58,698 bases of DNA, from contig JAMDAY010000004.1 of NCBI GenBank assembly GCA_023484515.1, positions 1-58,698 of the forward strand. Reading direction: 5' to 3'. Shown here one piece after another: positions 48,162-57,969 of the stretch; positions within the stretch are counted from its first letter, which is position 1, and every line of letters starts with the position of its first letter. A program made the translations under genes and the position numbers. This DNA is from Patescibacteria group bacterium. Lineage in GTDB: Bacteria; Patescibacteriota; Doudnabacteria; UBA920. The notes under the pieces are model-generated. The model saw only the letters and a program-made list of their open reading frames with translations. It was not told the DNA's origin and did no database searches.

Positions 48162-49547
48162 TTAAAATTGGATTAAAAATTTCGGATGCGCGGACATCAT
48201 TTCCTCAAACCCCTCTTTGGTATATTTTGCAATCGGCAAAATGGCGCCTTGGCCGCGGTCTAAGATTATGTCAAATAATTTTTCCTGCACGCCATTGGGC
48301 AGGTCTTCCATCAGTTTTTTGGTAATTTCCCAGGTTTCCCAAATCTGGCGGCCGGCTACGCAATGCATGGTGACGCCTTTCATCACCAGGCGATTGTAAT
48401 CTTCAAAAACAAAATCACCGTTCTTTAGTCCAAACAAAATTACGTCCCCGCCGCGGCGGACAGAGGCAATGGCATTGTTGACCGAATCGTTAAATCCCGC
48501 CATTTCAAACGCCACGTCCGCGCCCAGGCCGTTGGTGATTTTTAGAATTTCGTCTACGACTGCCTGGTTGTGGGCGTAGGGTTTCTGCGTCATCGCGAGT
48601 GCATCCGAAGCGATCTTCTTGTCGGGTAAGATTGCTTCGTCCTCCTTCGCTGAAGCTTCGGAGGATCTTTGATCGGATGCGCTCCTCGCAATGACACCGG
48701 AAGATTGCTTTAGTGTGATCACGTAATCTATCCCCAGCTTCTTTGCCATATCAATCGCCACCGGGTTCGGTTCTATGCCAATTATGGTTGAAGCGCCCAA
48801 GCCCTTGGCAATTAAAGTTAAAAACATGCCAATCGGCCCCAGGCCAAAAATCGCCACGGTTTTGCCCTTTAAATCTACTTTGCTTGCCGCGTGCACGGCA
48901 TTGCCGAACGGCTCCTGCATAGCCGCCACTTCGGGGCGGATTCTGCCTGTGTCAGTCTTCCAAGCCACCTGTGCCGGCACCTTGGCAAACTCCGCAAACC
49001 CGCCGTCTACGCTAATGCCTAAAATCTTTTCGTTGGTGCAAACGTTTTTTTGCCCATACAGGCATTGATAACATTTATTGCAAACTACGTGCGACTCGCA
49101 GGCTACAAAGTCACCGGGCTTTAAATTTTTTACGTTTGACCCCACTTTCACTATCTCGCCAAAAAACTCGTGGCCAATGATGCGATATGTCTTCTTGCTG
49201 TCATTGCGAGGAGCCAGGGCTTTATCTGGCAACGACCTGTCCGACGTAGCTTTAGCGTAGTCGGAAGCAGTCTTTTCTTGGGTTAAGATTGCTTCGCCCT
49301 CGGATGCACTCGGGCTCGCAATGACACCATTTTTTGATTCCGCATCAATGCTATTCAAAATCGCATCCTTAAAAGCCTGCCGATGCCAAATTCCCTTGTC
49401 CGTGCCGCACACGCCGGCATAGGCTACCTTGATAATAATTTTATCTTCATCGCCCTCTTCCAAAACCGGCTCGGGGACGTCTGCCAACTCAAACCCGCGC
49501 GAGGTTTCCCAGCCATATTTGCTTTTGTCAAAAATAAGCGCTTTCAT
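48162..49547 (-). CDS. tdh: L-threonine 3-dehydrogenase (Zn-ADH family) with two palindrome-derived insertions
   Basis: GVCGTD, GHEFFG, ESHVVCNKCYQC, EPFGNAVH, GLGPIG; adjacent to kbl. Confidence 0.88.
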   Translation of the reverse strand: MKALIFDKSKYGWETSRGFELADVPEPVLEEGDEDKIIIKVAYAGVCGTDKGIWHRQAFKDAILNSIDAESKNGVIASPSASEGEAILTQEKTASDYAKATSDRSLPDKALAPRNDSKKTYRIIGHEFFGEIVKVGSNVKNLKPGDFVACESHVVCNKCYQCLYGQKNVCTNEKILGISVDGGFAEFAKVPAQVAWKTDTGRIRPEVAAMQEPFGNAVHAASKVDLKGKTVAIFGLGPIGMFLTLIAKGLGASTIIGIEPNPVAIDMAKKLGIDYVITLKQSSGVIARSASDQRSSEASAKEDEAILPDKKIASDALAMTQKPYAHNQAVVDEILKITNGLGADVAFEMAGFNDSVNNAIASVRRGGDVILFGLKNGDFVFEDYNRLVMKGVTMHCVAGRQIWETWEITKKLMEDLPNGVQEKLFDIILDRGQGAILPIAKYTKEGFEEMMSAHPKFLIQF

Positions 49548-49559
49548 ATTTTAAGATGG

Positions 49560-51416
49560 TTATTTGTCAAGCACCGTTAAATCGCCCACCGGCTGCCCCA
49601 GTTCCTGCGCCTTGAGCACGCGCCGCATAATTTTGCCGCTGCGGGTTTTGGGCAGGGAAGGGACAAATTCAATTTCGTCCGGCACGGCAATGGCCGCAAT
49701 TTCATGGCGCATGTGGAATTTGATTTTTTTGATTAAATCTTCAGAAGCCAACGCCGTGTCTTTCAACACTAAAAACGCTTTCATGCGTTCGCCTTTTATT
49801 TCGTCGGGCTTCGGGATAACCGCAGCTTCGGAAACCGCCGGATGCGCCACCAAAGCGTTCTCCACTTCCGCCGTGCCTATCCTGTGCCCGGAAATGTTTA
49901 TCACATCGTCCGATCTCCCTAAAATTTGGATATAGCCGTCCGCGTCTTTAATGGCAAAATCCCCGGTAAAATACACGCCTTTAATTTCATTCCAGTATTG
50001 GTTAAACCTTCCCTGGTTGTTCAGGCAGGTGCGCAAGGCCGAAGGCCAGGGTTTTTTTATTACTAAGAATCCTTTTTCGCCCGCAGGAACATTTTGACCC
50101 TCCTGATTGACCACATCGGCCTCAATGCCGAAGAATGGCAATCCGGCAATGCCCGGTTTTTGCGGCAATCCCGGCAAAGTCACTATCATATGCCCGCCGG
50201 TTTCCGTCTGCCACCAGGTATCAACAATAGCGCATTGGCCGTTCCCGATATATTTGTTATACCATTGCCAGACTTCCGGATTAATAGGTTCGCCGACCGT
50301 GCCTAAGACTTTAAGCGATGAAAGATTGTGCTTTTGGCAGTATTCTTCCCCATGCTTGCGCAGCATGCGGATAGCCGTGGGCGAAGTGTAAAAAACATTT
50401 ACCTTTTCTTCTTCTATAATTTTATACCAATGGTCGGGCGCGGGATAATCCGGCACGCCTTCCACGATAACAGATGTTATTCCATTGGACAGTGGCCCGT
50501 AAACTATATAGCTATGGCCGGTTATCCAGCCCGGGTCAGCCGTGCACCAAAAAATACTGTCTTGATGCAAGTTAAAAACTTTTTTTGTGGTGTAGTGCGT
50601 ATAAACGCTGTAGCCGCCCACGGTATGTACAATACCTTTAGGCTTGCCGGTTGAGCCGGAAGTATAAAGCACGAATAATGGATCTTCGCTGTCCATAACT
50701 TCAGGATTACAGGTATCGGACTGGTTTTCAAGCAATCGGTTATAATCAATTCTCCTTGTAGTGGCATGCCGAGGCATACCGCCTTTGGACGGCGCGCCAT
50801 GGCGCGCCGCTACAGCGTCTCGATCCAATACAATAACCTTCTCCATGCACTCCAATTTCTTTACCGCATCTTCCACTGTTGGCAGCAATTCTTTTTTCGC
50901 GCCTCGCCGCAATGTCCAGGTTGCAGTAACAACAACCTTCGCCTGCAAATCTTCTATTCTTTCGCGCAAGGCTTTGTCGGAAAAACCGGCAAAAACCACG
51001 CTATGCACCGCGCCAATCCGCGTGCAGCCGAGCATGGCCACAATCTGCTCTATTACCAATGGCATATACAGCACCACCCTGTCGCCTTTTTTCACGCCCA
51101 AAGATTTTAAGCCATTGGCAAATTTATTCACCTGCAATAACAGTTCGGCATAAGTGATGGCAATGCGCCCGTAATTTTCGTTGGTATAAATGAACGCAAT
51201 TTTATCACCCAGTCCATTCTTTATATGCCTGTCCAAACAGTTATGCGTAATATTGAGCTTTCCTCCAACAAACCACTGGTAATTGGGAAAATTCCACTCA
51301 AACACCTTGTCCCATTTTTTTCCCCATTCTATTTCTTCTGATGCGACATCAGCCCAAAACTTCTCCGGGTCTTGGATGGATTGGTTATATATTTTTTGGA
51401 ATTCTTGCTGTTGCAT
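49560..51416 (-). CDS. acs: Acetyl-CoA synthetase (AMP-forming)
   Basis: YTSGSTGKPKG, WITGHSY, DTWWQTETGG, GRSDDV, PKTRSGKIMRR. Confidence 0.95.
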   Translation of the reverse strand: MQQQEFQKIYNQSIQDPEKFWADVASEEIEWGKKWDKVFEWNFPNYQWFVGGKLNITHNCLDRHIKNGLGDKIAFIYTNENYGRIAITYAELLLQVNKFANGLKSLGVKKGDRVVLYMPLVIEQIVAMLGCTRIGAVHSVVFAGFSDKALRERIEDLQAKVVVTATWTLRRGAKKELLPTVEDAVKKLECMEKVIVLDRDAVAARHGAPSKGGMPRHATTRRIDYNRLLENQSDTCNPEVMDSEDPLFVLYTSGSTGKPKGIVHTVGGYSVYTHYTTKKVFNLHQDSIFWCTADPGWITGHSYIVYGPLSNGITSVIVEGVPDYPAPDHWYKIIEEEKVNVFYTSPTAIRMLRKHGEEYCQKHNLSSLKVLGTVGEPINPEVWQWYNKYIGNGQCAIVDTWWQTETGGHMIVTLPGLPQKPGIAGLPFFGIEADVVNQEGQNVPAGEKGFLVIKKPWPSALRTCLNNQGRFNQYWNEIKGVYFTGDFAIKDADGYIQILGRSDDVINISGHRIGTAEVENALVAHPAVSEAAVIPKPDEIKGERMKAFLVLKDTALASEDLIKKIKFHMRHEIAAIAVPDEIEFVPSLPKTRSGKIMRRVLKAQELGQPVGDLTVLDK

Positions 51417-51693
51417 TTACTTAAAATATAATTTTAATTTATCGACAGCTTTTTTAACATCTTTCTTATTTTTTGAAGTTTTCATATTTTCCCTTGCATA
51501 TTCCATAAATATCTTTGATAGTTTCCATAAATTCAACCTCCACAGCCCATAAATGGGCTAACTACAACTTTATTTGCCCAATAAATCGGCGCACTGCATT
51601 CAGCGTAATATCAGCGTAGCGATCAGCGACCTATTAGCGGGCAGTATCCGTGATCCGTGTTTATCCGTAATCTATCCGTGTTAATCTTTTCAG

Positions 51694-53538
51694 TTATTCC
51701 ACGGTCACGCTCTTAGCCAAATTCCGCGGCTTATCCACGTCGCAGCCGCGGGCCACGGCCATGTAGTAGGCAAATAATTGCAAAGGAATAACGGACAAAA
51801 TCGGCGTGAGCATCTCCAAAGTCTTTGGAATATAAATTACGTCGTCTACCAGCTTTTTTATTTCCTCGTTGCCTTCGGTCGCCACCGCAATTACGCGCGC
51901 GCCGCGCGCCTTAATTTCTTTGATATGATTAATGTTTTTTTCGTAAACGCTGTCTGTCGGAATTATTATCACGACCGGAAAATTTTCGTCCAGCATGGCA
52001 ATGGGCCCGTGCTTTAATTCCGCGCCGTTGTAGCCTTCGGCGTGCACGTAAGCTATCTCTTTCAGCTTTAACGCACCTTCCAAGGCCACGGGAAAATTAT
52101 ATTTGCGGCCAAGAAAGAAAAAGTGTTTGGCAGATTTGTATTTTTCCGCGATTGGTTTTATTGTTTCCGCAATGTCCAAAATGCAGTCTATCTTTTCCGG
52201 CAAATCTTCCAGCTCGTTAATTATCCTTTGGCCCGTGACCAGGGACATGTCTTTCCTGCGGCCGAAATACACGGACAACAAGGACAAAATTACCACCTGC
52301 GACACAAACGCCTTGGTAGAGGCCACGGCAATTTCCGGGCCAATGTGGTTGTAAACTCCGGCATCGTTTTCGCGGGCAACGGTTGAACCCGTGACATTTA
52401 TTATCCCCAAGGTCAAAATACCTTTTCGTTTCGCTTCTTTTAATGCCATTATCGTGTCTGCGGTCTCACCGGACTGGGATATGGCTAAAACGGCTGTTGA
52501 TGCGGTCAATAGCGGCTTTCGGTAAGCGAACTCCGAGGCATATTCCACTTCCACGGGCAAGCCGGCATATTCTTCCAGCATATATTCCCCGACTAAACCG
52601 GCATTGCGCGCCGTGCCCATTCCGACAATCACCAAACGATCAAGATCGTTCAAGCGGCCGTTAGCCCGCTCCAGTCCGCCAAGCTTAACCGTTCCTTCTT
52701 TTTCAACCAGCCTTCCGCGGATACTGTTTACCACAGCCTGCGGCTGTTCCATAATCTCCTTAAGCATAAAATGCTCGTATCCGCCTTTTTCCGCCGCTTC
52801 CATTGTCCAGTCTATGTTTTGGGCTTGATGGTTCTTTTCACGGTTTTCCAGATCAGTGATAGTGTATTTTTCCCGGTTCAGCGTAACCATTTCTCCGTCA
52901 TCCAAATATACCACTTTGGATGTCAAAGGCAAAATTGCCGTAAGGTCGGATGCAATTACCAGCTCGTCCTGGCCAATACCAAGCACCAGCGGCGAACCGA
53001 ACCGCGCGGCGACTATATGGTCGGGATCGTCCGATGATACAACCGCGATGCCATACGCGCCCGTAATTTTCTTCAGTGCTTCCCTGACAGCCTGCGCCAA
53101 ACTTGTTACTTGTTCCTTGTCACTTGTCACTTGTTTCTCAATCAAATGCGCCAGCACCTCCGTGTCTGTATCCGAAGCGAACTTATGCCCTTCTTGAATA
53201 AGCTGATCTTTCAGCGCCTGGTAATTTTCTATTATCCCGTTATGCACCACGAAAATTTTGCCTTGGCAGTCGCACTGCGGATGCGCGTTTCTTTCGCTCG
53301 GCTCGCCGTGCGTGGCCCAACGGGTATGGGCTATTCCCAAGCTGCCGGATAAATCTTGGCCGGCAATTTTACCCTTTAAAGCCGCAACCCGGCCTTTTTC
53401 TTTAAAAAATTTGGCCCGATTTTTATCAATCACAACTAAACCAGCGCTATCGTACCCGCGGTACTCCATGCGTGTAAGCCCTTCCATCAAAATAGAAGCC
53501 GCCTGCCTTTTGCCAATGTAACCGATAATGCCACACAT
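51694..53538 (-). CDS. glmS: Glutamine-fructose-6-phosphate transaminase
   Basis: MCGIIG, YRGYDSAG, HTRWATHG, SQSGETADT, KPRNLAKSVTVE. Confidence 0.98.
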   Translation of the reverse strand: MCGIIGYIGKRQAASILMEGLTRMEYRGYDSAGLVVIDKNRAKFFKEKGRVAALKGKIAGQDLSGSLGIAHTRWATHGEPSERNAHPQCDCQGKIFVVHNGIIENYQALKDQLIQEGHKFASDTDTEVLAHLIEKQVTSDKEQVTSLAQAVREALKKITGAYGIAVVSSDDPDHIVAARFGSPLVLGIGQDELVIASDLTAILPLTSKVVYLDDGEMVTLNREKYTITDLENREKNHQAQNIDWTMEAAEKGGYEHFMLKEIMEQPQAVVNSIRGRLVEKEGTVKLGGLERANGRLNDLDRLVIVGMGTARNAGLVGEYMLEEYAGLPVEVEYASEFAYRKPLLTASTAVLAISQSGETADTIMALKEAKRKGILTLGIINVTGSTVARENDAGVYNHIGPEIAVASTKAFVSQVVILSLLSVYFGRRKDMSLVTGQRIINELEDLPEKIDCILDIAETIKPIAEKYKSAKHFFFLGRKYNFPVALEGALKLKEIAYVHAEGYNGAELKHGPIAMLDENFPVVIIIPTDSVYEKNINHIKEIKARGARVIAVATEGNEEIKKLVDDVIYIPKTLEMLTPILSVIPLQLFAYYMAVARGCDVDKPRNLAKSVTVE

Positions 53539-53638
53539 AAATACAATTTAAACCAAAATTGAAAAATTTAAAATTGAAAATTAAAAGATTGTGGAGGCCG
53601 AAACGAAAATATCTCGCTCCGGCCTCATTGCATGATTT

Positions 53639-53842
53639 TTATCTTCCCGCTTTATCCTCCAGCGGACTTTCGAAGTTACGGCATACCTTCTGCCCCCGGA
53701 TACCGTGAAGACCCTCTTTCACATAGAAAGGGACTTGATCATCGACTTTCTTTGTGTTGGGATGCTGCCCCAAGGTTTCACCGTCGTCCCAGTCCAGAGT
53801 GCGCTCTGTGTTCGGTGTTGGTTTTTCGTCTTTATTAAACAC
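53639..53842 (-). CDS. Small hypothetical protein
   Basis: AAGGAGG RBS before GTG. Confidence 0.5.
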   Translation of the reverse strand: MFNKDEKPTPNTERTLDWDDGETLGQHPNTKKVDDQVPFYVKEGLHGIRGQKVCRNFESPLEDKAGR

Positions 53843-53915
53843 GGAATCCTCCTTTTCAACAAGACCAACGATCTGTAAAGATAGAAAGGCCGTAAGTGCT
53901 CACGGCCTTTCTCAG

Positions 53916-54722
53916 CTAGTGGTTATCGTTCCGCCGCTGCCGCAGGATCTGTCTGAGCCGTTCCAGCTGAGCGGCGTTGTTTACTCCCCGGGCTTCGTTA
54001 TGGTCTGCCACGGGTATCTCAATAATCTTAGCCCCTTGGCCACGGGCAATCTTGAGCAGCTTGGGAAGATGCCTTTCGGCTGTCAGGCCGTCTTTGCTGA
54101 CCGGCTTAATATCCCGGAAATTGTTTTCAAACCACCGCCGGTTGAACACGTATAGCGATGGATTAACCGTCTTCACTCCCGCCAGCTCCCTGCCTTCCAT
54201 CTCGTCCGGTTCAAACACGGACAATATTCCACCTTGCCCGTCCCGCGCAATTCTTCCGTAATCGGCTATCGGGTCGCCCGGCGGAGGCGTAACAGTCACC
54301 AGGCTTATGGCCGCCTTTCCATCCCTGAGATGCGCCTCGATGAGCCGTGTCATCGTTTCTGAGGTCCAGGCGCCCATATCTCCCAACGTCACCAGGAGAT
54401 GATCCTCGCCATTCAGGCACTTCAATCCTCTGGCCACCGCGTCTGCAGCGCCAAACCGGTCCGGCTGAACCGCGAACTTTACGTCTATATGGCCTGCGGA
54501 ACGAAGGGCCTGGCGAATTTGGTCGCCAAACTGGTTCTTGCTGCGGTCACCAATCACCACCACAAGAGAACCAATTACGCCGGTCTGCTTTACCGTTCTG
54601 ACAATGCGGTTAATCATCAATTCGCCGTTGCCGACATCGGCCACCACTTTTGTAACCGACCTGTCCGGACAAAAGGAACCGAATCCTGCCGCGGGAATGA
54701 TACAACCAACGTGTTGATTCAC
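53916..54722 (-). CDS. Divergent GlmU N-domain-like nucleotidyltransferase
   Basis: IPAAG, QPDRFGAADAV, LGDM, YGRIAR, VNPSLY, GVNN. Confidence 0.8.
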   Translation of the reverse strand: MNQHVGCIIPAAGFGSFCPDRSVTKVVADVGNGELMINRIVRTVKQTGVIGSLVVVIGDRSKNQFGDQIRQALRSAGHIDVKFAVQPDRFGAADAVARGLKCLNGEDHLLVTLGDMGAWTSETMTRLIEAHLRDGKAAISLVTVTPPPGDPIADYGRIARDGQGGILSVFEPDEMEGRELAGVKTVNPSLYVFNRRWFENNFRDIKPVSKDGLTAERHLPKLLKIARGQGAKIIEIPVADHNEARGVNNAAQLERLRQILRQRRNDNH

Positions 54723-54789
54723 TCTGATACCCTCGGTTCAAATTTTCTACACAACCCCAAACAAAAGGATTGCTGAACTTGCCTGCAAC

Positions 54790-55536
54790 TTAAAGATGGT
54801 TCCAGGTAAATTCAAAAATCATTTTTTGGGTTTCGTAAATTTCGCGGTTCTGGATAACCACGCCGACCGGATTTTCGTTATTATTAATGCTAATATGCGC
54901 CACTTTGCCGTTATAAATAATTTCATAAGTGGCTTTTGCGTCCTTGTGCTCCGCGCTCATCCACTTCCTTTCATCAAGTCCCACCAAATGCCCGCCTTCG
55001 CCCAAGGCAATGGTTTTTACTTTAATGCCTTTCTTAATCCGTTTTTCGCTAAAATCCGGCATGGCCAAATAAACGTTTTGCCTTACGCTGGCCGAAGAAA
55101 ATACGCGGTAAACTTTATGCTCGCAGCCTTCCATGCTTTCCAACACGTCTTCCAAAATGCTTTTAATCCCCTTGATGCCTTCGTAAAGCTTAACCGCCGG
55201 CTTGCCTCCCTGGCGTTCAAACAGAATTTTTAGTTCCGGCAGGCTTTCCTGAATTTGCTGCCTGACTTCCTTTAATTCCTGCTGCTTGTCCTCCAAGGCC
55301 GAAATTAGTTTTTCCGGCGGCTCGGCCGCAAAGTGCTGGTGGGTTTTGGTGTCATAAAAGCTTGCCAGGCCTTGTTTCTGCAAACCCTTTAAAATGTCAT
55401 AAGTAGTGCCGCGGTTAACCTTGGCCAAACCGGCAATTGTCCTTACCGGCGAGGGGCCAAGTTCTATCAGAGCCAAATAAACCGCAATCTCCTTTTCCGA
55501 CAGCCCGAATTTTTTTAAAATGGGTTCTATCTGCAT
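54790..55536 (-). CDS. TrmB-family transcriptional regulator
   Basis: FGLSEKEIAVYLALIELG, RGTTYDIL, LYEGIKGI; typical CPR architecture. Confidence 0.9.
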   Translation of the reverse strand: MQIEPILKKFGLSEKEIAVYLALIELGPSPVRTIAGLAKVNRGTTYDILKGLQKQGLASFYDTKTHQHFAAEPPEKLISALEDKQQELKEVRQQIQESLPELKILFERQGGKPAVKLYEGIKGIKSILEDVLESMEGCEHKVYRVFSSASVRQNVYLAMPDFSEKRIKKGIKVKTIALGEGGHLVGLDERKWMSAEHKDAKATYEIIYNGKVAHISINNNENPVGVVIQNREIYETQKMIFEFTWNHL

Positions 55537-55668
55537 ATTATTGATGATACTCTTGGCTGTTATATTTGTCAATATTTTTTCTGCAATTTTATCAGATAAA
55601 TAAAAATAGCCTTATTTAAGGCTATTTATTACATTATATATGTGGAAATTTACCTGCATTTACACAGG

Positions 55669-56244
55669 TTATCCCCTTTTCCGGTAAATGTATACTTCGT
55701 GTTTTTTGGGCATGCGGCAGACTTCCGCGGGGATTAAATTGGGGAAGGGAAAGTCGCGGATAACGGCAATGCTGCCTGGCTTGCAATCCTTCAGGAACTT
55801 TTCTTCTACCCGGCCCATTAAAGGTGGATAAAGGTAGCCGTAAATAACGGTCGCTTCGGTCCAGGGATGCTTAAAGAAGTTCTGGTTTTTGAATGTTATC
55901 CCGAATTTTTTATCTGCTGTAGGGGAGGGTCTAAACCCTCCCCTACAGGCCAATTTGATTCTTGCTAATAAATGCGTCCACCAGGTCAGTTCATACCCCA
56001 CGCATGCCGCCCCTGACAGCTTATTTACCAAAAAACACACCTTGCCGTTGCCGCTGCCAAGGTCGTAAAAAATGTCCCGCGATGAAATGCCAAGCTTTTT
56101 GACTATAAATTCTATGTCGCTGGCATGCGTCGGGACAAACGGCACGCGCGTCAACAGAAAGCCCAGAAAAGCGCTGGTAATAACGAACAAAACAACCAGG
56201 GAAAATATTAAAAACAGCGACAATACGATTGTATAAATTACCAT
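55669..56244 (-). CDS. Membrane-anchored class I SAM-dependent methyltransferase
   Basis: VPFVPT, YDLGSGNG, YGYLYP. Confidence 0.88.
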   Translation of the reverse strand: MVIYTIVLSLFLIFSLVVLFVITSAFLGFLLTRVPFVPTHASDIEFIVKKLGISSRDIFYDLGSGNGKVCFLVNKLSGAACVGYELTWWTHLLARIKLACRGGFRPSPTADKKFGITFKNQNFFKHPWTEATVIYGYLYPPLMGRVEEKFLKDCKPGSIAVIRDFPFPNLIPAEVCRMPKKHEVYIYRKRG

Positions 56245-56290
56245 GATTGTATTATAGCACACAATGGCAGTAAGGCTTGTGCACCCTACA

Positions 56291-56386
56291 CCAAACAAAG
56301 GGCCTTTTTACATACTCGAGCCGTCTGGTTGCGCAAAAAGGCCCTTTGTTTGGCAATTGAAAAATCCTCCGGTTACGGAGGATTTA
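56291..56386 (-). terminator. rRNA operon terminators (two hairpins)
   Basis: aaatcctccg-taac-cggaggattt plus T-run after 5S; then a 19-bp perfect inverted repeat 56291-56309/56335-56353. Confidence 0.65.
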
Positions 56387-56394
56387 TCATAAAA

Positions 56395-56505
56395 GGGCAG
56401 CCACCTACTTTTGCACTAGCATGCGCTAGACTATCATTGGCCCGAGCGTGTTTTACTTCTGAGTTCGGGATGGGATCAGGTAGGACCACGCTGGAAATGC
56501 CACCC
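56395..56505 (-). rRNA. rrf: 5S rRNA
   Basis: Plus strand cacctact...ctatcattggc...gagttcgggatgggatcagg matches the 5S antisense pattern; 111 nt. Confidence 0.92.
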
Positions 56506-56615
56506 ATCCAGCCTCATTTTTATACAAATCACATTTGTTTTAAAGCAAGGATAGTAAATATTTACAATTCTTACTTTCTTACAAAAACAACCTGTATAAA
56601 AATGAGGCTGGATGG
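56504..56615. repeat. 112-bp element with 23-bp perfect inverted repeats at the 5S 5' end
   Basis: ccatccagcctcatttttataca / tgtataaaaatgaggctggatgg. Confidence 0.8.
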
Positions 56616-56650
56616 AGGTACTTTCGGCTCTGCTTTAATTTTTAGAGAAC

Positions 56651-56758
56651 CTAGGGTCTGAGGGCAAACACCAGATTATTGGAAAGGGCGAAGAAAAGCC
56701 CGAAAACGGCAACTATTACCAGAACGGCAAGAATGATCTTGAGGTTTTGTTTGAACAT
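56651..56758 (-). CDS. Putative 35-aa hydrophobic peptide in the 23S-5S spacer
   Basis: My translation: MFKQNLKIILAVLVIVAVFGLFFALSNNLVFALRP*. Confidence 0.45.
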   Translation of the reverse strand: MFKQNLKIILAVLVIVAVFGLFFALSNNLVFALRP

Positions 56759-56898
56759 TGTATAATACTGTTCGCGAATATACAAATTGGTATTGCGAAT
56801 CCTGTTATATATGGAAATGCTGATGTAAAAATTTGTATATTATTTATAATTCGTATATTGGCGATTACTCTTCACAAATTGCCAGTCAAAAGAAAATA

Positions 56899-57969
<1,071 letters not shown>

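Noticed and set aside
51417-51520. Short Lys-rich minus-strand frame ending just before acs
   Set aside because: About 30-40 codons, AT-rich, no recognisable motif; cannot be supported as a gene.
53539-53640. glmS ribozyme upstream of glmS
   Set aside because: Only a simple gaggccg...cggcctc hairpin and an AT-rich heptad tract; the ribozyme core (AGCGCC...GACGAGG) is absent.
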